64,000 nt of DNA, taken from the NCBI RefSeq assembly GCF_009914755.1, contig NC_060931.1; one strand, written 5' to 3'. The notes under the pieces were generated by a model that was not told where the DNA came from, did no database searches, and worked only from the letters and a program-made list of their open reading frames with translations. Made by a program: the position numbers and the translations under genes. The stretch's first letter is position 1. Each line of letters starts with the position of its first letter. Of the stretch, positions 43,214 to 54,835 are shown piece by piece. This DNA comes from the human T2T-CHM13v2.0 reference genome, Homo sapiens.

Positions 43214-43635
43214 TTAAGATAATAAAATAAAACAAAATCTGAAAGTAAAATTGTTTGCCCAGTTTTTAAACAAACCCAGTAGTAGTTTTGTTATATCTAG
43301 AATTACCCCATCACTGTAAGGCTGCTTTGTTTTTTTAATCTCTTTTCCTCTGAACAACCCTGACAAAAATCGGATGGAAACTGACATTTTCCTTTCTCAA
43401 CCATGCTCATCCATGCAGCTTTGACATCTACATGAATGGTTAATATCATTGATTCTTGTTATTCCTGTATCTATTATGCTCTCACATGCAAGGATCTTCA
43501 TGTTCTTTGCCAGGATTCCCAGAAAGATGCTCCCTTTAATATTAACTGGTCAATTTTGATAATGGAGTTGATTTTTCTTTAACGTTTATAATCACTGTAA
43601 ACTTCTTGACAAGATGGTGCTATTATAACACTGAC

Positions 43636-44230
43636 TGTTTCTGCCGAAAGAAGAATGTTCAGTACTAAGACATTTCTGCCAAACGTTACTACAACTTTGA
43701 AAAGCCCTTCCTCTGGCTTGCTAGGAAGCTCATTGGAGACCCTAACTTGGAGTTTGTTGCCATGCCTGCCCCTGCCCCACTGGAGGTTGCCATGGACCCA
43801 GCTTTGACAGAGCATTATAAGCATGACTTAGAGGTTCTTCAGACAACTGCTCTCCCAGATGACGATGATGACCTGTGAGAATGAAGCTGGAGCCCAGCAT
43901 CAGAAGTCTAGTTTTATATGCAGCTGTCCTGTGATATCAGCGGAGCAGGGTATGGGCCACCTTATTATTATCTAGCTAGGTGGGGCATGTGGTTCATCTG
44001 TGGGATGCTGAAGGAGATGAGTGGGCTTCGGAGTGAATGTGGCAGTTTGAAAAATACCTTCATTGTTTGGACCTGCATATTGAGCTGTTTTGGAATGCAG
44101 TTGATTCCTTCTTGAGTTTCAAATGTAAGACTGCTGCAATCACATTAGTGAATTCAGGGGTGAGATCTTGTTACTGCCATTTCTACTCCTTTTCATTTAG
44201 AATCAGAATAAAGTTGTATTTCAAATATCT
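43636..44230 (+). pseudogene. RANP2: 5'-truncated processed pseudogene of RAN GTPase; probably RANP2
   Basis: Frame from 43639 reads [78 protein letters not shown] (RAN C-terminus ends ...TALPDEDDDL); internal TAA 43666-43668; stop 43876-43878; RAN-like 3'UTR with AATAAA 44207-44212. Symbol is from memory. Confidence 0.93.
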
Positions 44231-44239
44231 TTTTAAAAA

Positions 44240-44560
44240 TATATTTACATTATATGTGTATATATACATATATGTATATAGTATATGTATAAATTTACAT
44301 GCATATATATACATATATGTATATGTGTGTTTACATATGTATATATAAAATGTATATAAACATATATATATTTATACATATATATGACACATATATGTAT
44401 AAATATATCTATGACATTAGACATAATGTATTTCTATATCTAATGTCATGCATATATTTATACATATAATAGATATATAAATACATATATATTAATGTCT
44501 ACATTTGACATTACATATGCATGTCACTTGAAAATTTGTGTATATAAAATATATGTATAA
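44240..44560. repeat. (TA)/(TATG)-rich low-complexity repeat
   Basis: Degenerate alternating AT run immediately after the RAN retrocopy. Confidence 0.9.
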
Positions 44561-45569
44561 AACTCAATTCAAAGATATGTTTCCAGTGATGGGTCTTGTC
44601 AATGTAGACATTTAAAATGATATTTGGGAATTACTGATGTTATTTTAAGAGCTTGGTATGTCAGAGATTTTCAAATGGAAGCAGTTGCTATAGTAAATAT
44701 GGATTTTCTCCTAATTAATTCAGACATTAAAAAGTTACTAATTGCCTACTTTTTTCCTAAATTGCTTCTGGAATATAAATATTTATAATCTTCATAATAT
44801 TCCCATCTGATAAAGGTTAGGTTTGATTTCACTTTCTTTCTAAAACATCTGAGCATTTTCAGGCTCTAACTCCAAAAGAACAAAACTCGTGAAGATTTAA
44901 AATATTTTAATAGATTATATTGGAATTCCATTTCCATTATATTGAAGTTACTTTTTCCATTGCTATCATATTAGGAAAATTAAATTTATACATGTTCTAT
45001 ACTTAAAGTTAAGTTTTAGAAGTATCTTTTCCCTAATTGTTATTGAGAAATTAATTTTAATACACTTTTCATCTTTCCAACAGACTACTGCAAACAAATA
45101 ATAAGCTAGAAGTTTAGTTTATTCCCTTTCCTAAAGCTCTTCTATAAATATTGACTCCAGCAATGGAAAAAGCAAAAGTATAGTCAGCATTCTGTATCAT
45201 ATATGACATATAGAATATAGAATAGGCTATACCATCAATAAGATAAATCAGTGCCTTTATAAGACCAAATGAGTATATCAATCTCAGATTAAACAATGCA
45301 AAGCACTTCGTTCAAGTGGCATTTTCACCCTTTCAAATAACTCCACTAAATATATAATACTCATGAACACTAATAAAATAAAAATATATGTGTTACTCTT
45401 CTGTATATATCTGTAAATTGGGCTCCAAACACTACATTTTCCATTTATCTATACGACTCTAATGAAAGCATCTTGGCTTAAGAAAACTAATAGATCTGAG
45501 GTGGTAAAGTCTTTATTATTGAATCACAGAACTTTGCCTAAATGCGAAGTTCTAGCTTCAAGTTAAAAA

Positions 45570-47693
45570 AATTTATAAATATTTCAACATTTAATTTAGA
45601 TACAGCAGGTACAAGCACAGGTTTGTTAAATGGAAATATTGCATGATGCTGAGGATTGCAGTATGGATCCTGTCACCTAGGTAGTGAGCATTGTACCCAA
45701 TAGGTAGTTTTTCAATCAACGCCCTCCCTCTTTCCCCTCTCTAGTACTCTGCAGTGTCTACTGTTCCCATGTTTATATGTTCATGTGTGTCCAATGTTTA
45801 GCTCTTACTTATAAGTGAGAACACGCGGTATTTGGTTTTCTTTTCCTGTGTTAATTTTCTTAGGATAATGGCCTCCAGCTCCATCCATATTTCTGTAAAG
45901 GACACAATTTCATTAAGGAAGGAGGGAAGGAAGGAAGGAAGGAAAGAAGGAAGGGAGGGAGGGAGGGAGGGAAATCTAGAGGAATGGATAAATTCTTGGA
46001 AGCCCACAATCTGCCAAGACTGAACCAGGAAGAAATTCAAACCCTGGATAGACCAATATCAACTTCTAAAACTGAATCAGTAATAAAGTTTGGGTCTTTC
46101 TTAAAATTTCTATTTTGCCTTTCAGCTCTTAAATGATATTACTGGATTGCTTGGTTTCCTTGAATTGAATTTCAACGTTTCCCTGGATCTTGATGTGCTT
46201 TCTTGCTCTCCAGATTCTGAATTTCATCTGTCTGTCATTTTATTAATAGTTATTTAAGATTGCTTAAGAACCATTGCTGAGGAGGTAGTGGGCTCGTTTG
46301 GGGGTAAGGAGGCACTCTGGCTTCTTGAATTTCCAGAGTTCCTGTGCTGATTCTTTCTCATCTTGGTGGGTCTCTGGTCCTTTAACTGTGGCAGAAATTG
46401 AGTATAGTCAGTTGACTTCATTTCTGGACATTTTCAGAAGGCCACACAAGACTCTGTGCAGGGGTTTTTGTTTGCTGTTGAATTCTTGTCCTTGGCTTCC
46501 AAGGCGGGTGAATGGTTTTGTGGTGGTGTAGTTTGGGGTGCAATCCGTAGATGGTGCTTTAGAGCTATGGGTGGTAGATGGATACTCAGCGCTGGGGACT
46601 GTGTATCCTCGCGTGTGCAGCTGTGCTCTGAAGTGTGAGGGGGAGAGGGGTAACCCCCTCACCAGTTCCACTAATAGGCCTTCGGAAGCCACTGCTGATC
46701 ACCGGCACTGTGCCGTGGCTTTGTTTGTTTGTTTGTTTGTTTGATGTTTCTGGCTGTGGGCTTCCCTGGGGCAGGTGTTGGGCAGGGGGATAGACCACGC
46801 CCTTACTGGGCCAGCTCTGTGGAAGGAGGCATTCCAGGTGCCACACCAGCCTGTGAACCTGTGCATCTCACCCTTCTGAGTGTGGGCTCCTCTCCTACTC
46901 AAGTTCCGAGCACAGATACCAGCTCAGCACTCCTGAGCCATAGGATCCAACCCTGCAGTGCCAGAACCTGCTCACGGCTCCCTCCTCTGGACTGGGTTGG
47001 GTTGGGTTCTGGGTGTGCTGGGGATCTAAGGGGCCGCAGGCTGCCAGAACACACTCCAGTGGAACACAGCACCCAGGCTGGGCAGCAGACGCTTCACTGT
47101 GCATGTGCTGCTGCGGGGCAGCCAGGCAGGAGCCCTGGGAGGGGCTGACAGGCAGGCGGGGCTGCGGGACAGATGTGCCTCAGTGCCGTGGGGAAGCTCG
47201 CCCTGCTTTCTCCCAGTCCAGGAGTTTTCTGGGGCCAGGGCCTCTCAGAGGGAGATGGAGAGCCCTGAGAGACGGGTGCCTATAGCTGGGCTCTGTCAGA
47301 TCTGTTCCACACACAAATGTCCCCAGCTCCATGTCTGCTGAATCCCCGCCTCTATCAAATCTCCCAGGAGATGCCCCTGCCAGCTCAAACATCCATTGGG
47401 GTTTTGGGGTTCCCTGCAGCTAGGATCCCAGAAGTCTGCATGAGCGTGGGCTGTCCCCCAGGCTCTTCACTCACCCCTTCCTCAGGAGCCATTTGAGGCC
47501 CGGAATCAGCTTTAGCATTCAGGCACCTCCCACAGGGCTTCCAGCCTCCTCTTGCTTCAGCCTTAGCATCTGCGTGTTTTCTTCATCCACATTCGGTATT
47601 TTCTCTCTGAAGATCTTTTTAAATTACAGTGGTTTAGAGGTGGTAGCGGCCCTTCCTGGCTGCCTCTAGTTGGCCATCTTAAAACTCCTCTCC
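45570..47693 (-). mobile_element. Rearranged old L1 (L1PA15/16-like): 3'UTR, short inverted ORF2 piece, ORF1 start and GC-rich 5'UTR
   Basis: 45570-45914 antisense 3'UTR; 45972-46087 sense ORF2-like piece; 46088-47693 antisense ORF1/5'UTR ending in an L1 5' terminus with the YY1 motif AAGATGGCC (47672-47680, minus strand). Confidence 0.75.
45915..45971. repeat. (GGAA)n(GGGA)n polypurine tract
   Basis: Pure purine run ending GGGAGGGAGGGAGGGAGGG (45953-45971). Confidence 0.95.
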
Positions 47694-50600
47694 TGAAAAG
47701 AAAATGTTATGGAAACATGAGGAGAACAAATGCCTGCAAGGAAATCAAAACAGTGCTGTGACACCATTCAGTGTCAGCTACACAAAAGACCAAAAAGTGA
47801 AGCTACCTGTAATAGACTAGAATCTGTTGGTTAACCAAATGGTACAGAGGTCAGTTTACTTACTCCTAACTGGTAAATTCAGTTTATAGGTACAGTGTTT
47901 CAGTGGGACTTAAATCATGTAGTTGGTTCAGCTTTGTTATGAGGATCGTGAAATACCTCTGTAATAATTTCATTTCTGCCTTCTCCAAATATACATGTGG
48001 TATATGTCATGTAAATTACCTTATATATTTAAGAAACCAAATAAGAAGTTTCGAGCTTGGAATAATTCATGTGAGCTAACTAGTTTCTGATTAAAATAGC
48101 ATCAGGAAACTGAGTCAGGCATTTTTTTTTTCATTTGCCATTCCCTGTAAATTGGGTATTACATCGTGATCATGAAACTTACCAGTGAAATATGTTCTAT
48201 GAAAAAAACGAGAATACCTGCAATTAAATAACTCAAAATGCCATTCATTTAAAACACATTTATTATATGCCCAGAATTTTCAAGATACTATGCAAGACAC
48301 TGTCGGGAATACAGAGATGATTAACATGATGTTTCTGCCCTCTCTGGATATGATCTTCACTAATACTGGTTCATTGTAATTTCCACTTTTATTACCTTTC
48401 TTAATGATGATATTCTCAGTCGGTGATTTTGAAGATAAGCAGATTTCTCGATGACTATTTAATGCATACCAATAATAGCTTTATTTTTGTTATGTCTGGG
48501 TAAAGAAACAAAGGTTTATTTCTTTTCCTTGACATTTATAGCATCCTATGTATCTGTGTTCCATGAAAGGTTACCTAAATCACATTTATTCCAAATGGGC
48601 AATATTTAACTTTAAAAATGTCAAAGGAAGGGTACAATTCTCTGTAGGGCAATATTGAATTGGTTGACTGAATGATAATTATGGAATAATGCATTATGCA
48701 TTCTCTTTTCATTTCAAATATTGATTAATATTATTGATTCTAAAACTCATTTAATCTGTTATTCAGTAGAATCATTGCCATATACTCACTTACCTTTTAA
48801 TTTTGATGTTGATAATTAATTGAATCAAATATTTTTTCAGAGTCATTTGTAACTTCATGGTTATAATTTCTCAATTCATGTTAATGTAAGCTTTGTAAGA
48901 TATGCCATTGTTCAGGTAATTATGTATAATTAGGCACAAAGAGAAAATAGTTACCTACCTTTAAAAAAAAGCCATCAAGATTTTTCAGTTGAAAAATTGA
49001 GCTAAAAACAGAATTAGAAAGATTTCTTGGAGCTAAACTCAAGGATCTAAAATGAAGGATGAGCTCAGGACATTTTGTAATTTAATATTGGACTCATATG
49101 CACGAGTTCCTTGCAGGAGCTACTCCCACTCCTAGTCTTGACTACAAGGGCAGGTGAGATAATATCTGCATTGTTTGGTATATTTAAACCCTGCTTCTTT
49201 AAGTGTTATCATTTACCACAAAATATCGTAATATAACTGTCACAGAAAGACAAATCAAGAAGAAAGGAAAGAAGAAAGAATACATATTGATTGTCAGCAT
49301 TAACACACAGGCTATAATTTGATGTAATATTCAACTCTATACTTTATGGCAACCAAGATACACAAGAAAACACAACATTTACATAGATCTTCTCAAAAAG
49401 AAAGAACCATACCTGAAGAAATAAATGTGTCTTGATGGTATTAAAGTCTGCACTTTCTCACTTGAGTCCTAAAACAGGGAAATGAGCATTATTCCCAACA
49501 ACTATAATAACATATTTAAAAATGGATTTCTTAAATCTGATGACAAATGTTTAGAACTACCATTTACATAAGCCAAGTCCTACTTTTTTTTTTTAACAAA
49601 TCCTTTCTCCTGTCTCCTCCAGATGCCATTGCCATTTTAAATTTCCTGACTGACAATCTCCCAACTTCCCAAAAAGTGTTTATGAAGTACCTAAGAAACA
49701 ATTTGAAACTTATAATGAGATCCAGAACTAGTACTGACTTTGAATCCATTGTATGGAGGGAATGTTATTACCTATAAAGCAGATGAGATTAGATTTATAA
49801 AAACAAATGGGGATCATCAGGATGTTGCTACCAGAAAGAGACCCAGCTGGCATAGACACCTGTTAGTAAAAGGAAAAACATTTTGTGTATTTCGTCTACT
49901 GACCCCCACTTCAGAAATGCTCGATCTGTATAAACCGTACAACTAGACAGGCATTCACCTGGTGGATGCTGATATTCTGAAGTAGCCAGAGTGATTTCTC
50001 CACCCTAAATAAAACTTTCTTCCGAATTTCATTCAGAGATGACAAAAATGAGGAAGTGAAGTGGGATGGGGACATCACAAGTGGGACATTGCATCCCGGG
50101 AAGCAAGGGGACTCTGCACACGTTGCTGCTAACTGCAGCGGCACCTGAGGTGGTTCTGACCGCTGTAAACTCTGTCACAGAATTGGGGAGTGAGTATACA
50201 TGGAGAAAATTTGTTTTGAGTACAATTTCATAACCAGAAAATGATACAGAATCATGTAAAACACCCTATAATTCAAGGGCATCAATAGCAAGCATAGGGA
50301 ACTGATTATGCCTAAAACAGAGGCAGGTCCTCTATATTCCTCCCTCTGAATCATGTATGTCCTCAAAAATGTCCCATCAGCACAAAAAAACCAGCAAACC
50401 ACAGTCCATCCTGATAGCCTCCTTTTTCATATTAATAGCAGCATTATACTGTAGTTTTTCTGTCTCAAAAACTGAATTTTTTAAAACTTTCATTTTCTTC
50501 CCTATATCTGATTACTTGTCACCTCCCTCCCAAACTCCCTTACATATGTAATTGTCTTTTCCCATGGTCACCATATCCAAGTTCTGATTACCTTTTAATA

Positions 50601-52889
50601 AAATGAATGAATTAGCTTCAACAATGCAATTTCTTATCCAGGTATCCATTCTTTCAATCCTTCCTAATTTTGACATACCTGTAGTAGTTTCAAAGCACAG
50701 ATCACATCGTGACACTCCTGCTTATCATTTTCAATACTACTCCATTGCAAATATTAAGAAAGCAAAACTGAGAGCCAGACAACACCCAACAGATATTGTC
50801 TCTCAATCCTTACATTCCCATGAAGAAAGGATATATGTAATAAGAGAGAAAGGAACCGTGACTTAGAAACTCTATAAAATATAATCCACATAGATTATAC
50901 ATATGCTTATGGTGATATTACTATACTGACTTTACGGTGCTTTCTAGAATTTAGACTCTGGGCCATTTTGGCAAAATAAGGAGCCTGCAGACTGCTTATG
51001 CCTTTGAAGAGAAAAAAGAATGTGAAAGATGTTATTTTTGTGATACATCAAGAGAGAATATGATAATTAATATTGTATTTTTATTCATGATGGAAATAAA
51101 AATAGGCAAACACTATATATGCTGTAAACCTTTGGAGTACTCCTTTGTCGCACTGGGAACATGGTAAAATATATAATTTTTTCATAGATAGATCGCACTA
51201 TAAGAGACAATAATAATGGAAACTGTCATAGTTCCCTGAAATTCAAGTTGAAATACTATTTACATCAACCATACCGCCGACTCCATCATAATGAGGAAAC
51301 ATCTCAGGGATTATTAATGGGGTAAATTTCACTATATAGAGAAAAAAGACAGATAAAAACATGTATATGCCCAAACTTCATTTGAAAGGAGGGCATGTAG
51401 GGAAAGGTAGATTAACAGCTGAACTTCATTAGCCATTTACAGAAAAGTTAAATATTATATCTAGGATACATTTGTCTTAAATCACCCAGGATTAAATCTT
51501 CCAAGATTAAGGATTTCATCTAATCAATTTCACCTAATTGAAATATGCAGCCCTTCTGCTCTTTTTTTGTAACTCCTATATTCCCTCCTATCCTTTAAAT
51601 TATTTTTCATTTAAACCATTCAGCAGTTTAAACCATTCTAGACTACTCTGGCCTGAAGTACTTCATCAGAAATCTTTACACTTTAGCTTAAATATTCATT
51701 TAATAATGAACAATTCATCTTCTATTAAATGCTACTACTCAATTTTTGTTTCAAACTATATGTACATTTCTTGTTAGGCATAATTTTATATATTTATTAA
51801 TTGGTTTCCCTTCCAAGACACAGAACCTGCCCTTCCCTCCCAGTGAAACCACTATGAGGTGAAAAATAGTGTTGAAGAAGGAAGAGGGACACAGAGAAAG
51901 AAATAACTTCACACATCTATTTAAAGATGGCCCTGAGGTCCACCCACAGCATCGCAGGGATGAGTTCATGAGGGAGTATGCAGCCACAATACCTCTTAAC
52001 TCCCCATGACTTCCTTGAGCTTCCTTGTGTGGGAGTAGAAGGTTGATGGAATGGTTAGCCTTTCCTGGTATCTGTGTTCATCATGGTTCTCAGCAGATCC
52101 AGCTGCATAAAATGTCTCTATCTGTTAGGATCAATAAAACAAGCTCTCTAACTGCTCTATAATCAGCATCAATTTGCGAACCTTTATCAAACATCCCCCC
52201 TCTTTTCACCAAGTATTCAGGATGACATGATGAACAACTGGACCAATGATTGGTCAAACATATCCTAATATCAAATACTGGCAGTTACCTGGAGTAAAGA
52301 AGGACATTTTGTGTGTCCCTACTTTAAACGAGATCCTTAAAGCTTTTTGTATGGCTGGTCTGAGTATTTAACAGAAGTCCCGTACTCATAAGGATGGCTA
52401 GACCTGAAAGGAGCCTCTCACCTGCAGGGTAATGATTCGGTTTAATGAGGACCTTTTGGAAGTTACTTGGCTCTAAGGCCAGAAAGCCTAACTGAGATCA
52501 AGACATAATTGAATAGGAATTGAAGATCCATTTACCTCATCAGTTGGAAAATAAGCATTTTTCAAAATAGAGAGATAATTAAATGTGGTCCCTTCAGTGC
52601 TACGGATTAAGTTAGTATTATAGTTTTAATATACATTTCAAACAGTTTCCCTCTTATTCTGTCATAGGACATTGCAATTAATTTAATCAACCTTTAAACA
52701 GACATTTACCAAGAATTTATGATAATTTAGATATTGTGCAGATGGATGTTCAATGACTTTTTCTTCTTAAGTCAAAATATTTAAATTCTTCAAAATAGAA
52801 AATGTGTAATATGTGCTGCATATTATATGCCTTTTTCCTCTTTCCCAGAATGCCTTTTACTAGTTTTGTGAAATAAACAAGATAGATTA

Positions 52890-53398
52890 TATCTTATATA
52901 CATATGTATAATATACTTACATACACACGTATAATATAATATTTATAATATAATAGAATTATATTCTGTATTTTATATAATATATAATAGAATTATATAT
53001 TATATATAATAGAATTATATATTATATATAATAGAATTATAATTATAATATATAATTATAATTATATAGAATTATATATAATTATAATTATATATTATAA
53101 TATATAATAGATATAGAATAATTATAATATATAATTATATATTATAATATATAATAGATATTATAGAATAATTATAATATATAATTATATATTATAATAA
53201 TTATAATATATAATTTTAATAATATAATATATAATAGAATTATAATTCTAAATATAATTATAATTCTATATATAAAATTATAGATATAATTCTATATCTA
53301 TAATTATATATAATTCTATATAGAATTATATAATATATAATAGAATTATATTCTGTATAATACATACACACGTATAATATAATAGAATCATATTCTGT
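52890..53398. repeat. Extremely AT-rich quasi-palindromic minisatellite
   Basis: Units such as ataatagaattatat occur in both orientations; bracketed by the direct repeat tacatacacacgtataatataata (from 52918 and from 53361). Confidence 0.93.
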
Positions 53399-53499
53399 CA
53401 TCTTTTCACTTCAGTCTATCTCTTTCTGTGTCATTTTACTCCTTTACAAAGACCATATCTTCTTTAATCCTGCTGAGGGAAGCAACTTAAAAATAACTT

Positions 53500-53854
53500 T
53501 GATATGGTTTGGCTCTGTGTCTTCACCCAAATCTCACCTTGAATTGTAATAATCTCCACATGTTAAAGGTGGAACCAGGTGGAGTTAATTAAATGATGGG
53601 AGCGGTTTCCCCCATGCTGGTTTCCTGATAGTAAGTTCTCACGAGAGCTGATGGTTTTGTAAGGGGCTTCCCCTCTTTGATTGGCACTCATTTCTCTCTC
53701 TTGCTGCCCTGTGAAGAGGTGCCTTCCGCCGTGATTCTAAGTTTTCTGAGGCCTCCCCAGCCATGCAGAACTGTGAGTCCATTAAACCTCTTTTCTTTAT
53801 AAATTACCCGTTCTCAGGTATTGCTTCATAGCAGCATGAGAACATACTAATATG
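53500..53854 (+). mobile_element. THE1 (C/D-like) solo LTR
   Basis: tgatatggtttggctctgtgtc...gaactgtgagtccattaaacctc...actaatatg; near-TSD aactt/tactt. Confidence 0.9.
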
Positions 53855-54321
53855 TACTTCTAGCTTCTGTAGTCAATGATTTCTGGATACATACTCTTCT
53901 TCTAACACTTTAAGATAATATTCCTTTCTCTTCATTTAAAAATATGTAGGCAACTTCATATTCTTCTCTTCAAACCAAAATATAGGGGAAACTGCATAGA
54001 CTTGGTGTTTGTTGGTAGGATGGATTGCTTTCTGCTTGCAGTATGTGAAGCCCATTCAGGGTTGAGGGAGATCCAGTTTCAGCACATGGGTAGGCTAATT
54101 CACGTAACTCTTACTTCAATTTCTAATATCCAAAAGCAATTATGTAGCACAACCCTAAATGGGTAACTGAGGTGGGATTTTTTTGCTTCTGCTCATATCC
54201 ACCATACTTATAAAAATTGAAAATACCTTACGTCTAGGCTGTATGATCCTGATCACCCACCTGACTATAATACTTACATGCAGAGAATCCACTAATTTCT
54301 AGCTTACCCCTCAACTCTATC

Positions 54322-54835
54322 TGTGGAAGGCAGAATAATGCCCCATCCGCCCCCCCACCACGAAGATATCCATGTCCTAACTCCAAGAACCTGTGAATGT
54401 GTTGCCTTACATGGCAAAAGGGACTTTGCAGATATGCTTAAGATTACAGACCTTGAGATGGAGAGATTATTGGGTTTATCCAGGTGGGCTGAGTGTCATC
54501 ACATGAGTCCTTCAAAACGGAGACTGTTTATTATCTGTGGTCAGAAAATGATAGGTCAAAGGAAGGAGGCAGAAGAAATCTGAAGTGTGAGAAGGACTCA
54601 GTCTGTTACTGCTGGTTTGAAGACAGAAAATGGTGGCCAAGAGCTAAGGAACGTGGACCCCATTTAGAAGGTGGAAAAGGCAAGGAAACAGTTTCTTACC
54701 TAGAGCCTCCAGAAAGGAATGTAGTCCTGCCAACACTGGGTTTTAGTCCAGTCTGACTTTTGCTGGACCTCTGACCTACAAATGTGCAAGATAATGAATG
54801 TGTGTTGTTTTAAGCCACTAATTTTGTAGTAGTAT
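54322..54835 (+). mobile_element. MLT1D-like MaLR LTR
   Basis: tgtggaaggcagaataatg...ttacatggcaaaagggactttgcagat...tgttgttttaagccacta. Confidence 0.82.

Noticed and set aside
46298-47392. Dense ORF cluster and GC-rich region as an unknown gene or CpG-island promoter
   Set aside because: It is best explained as an old L1 5'UTR; GC richness lowers stop frequency, and the ORFs overlap on both strands without recognisable domains.
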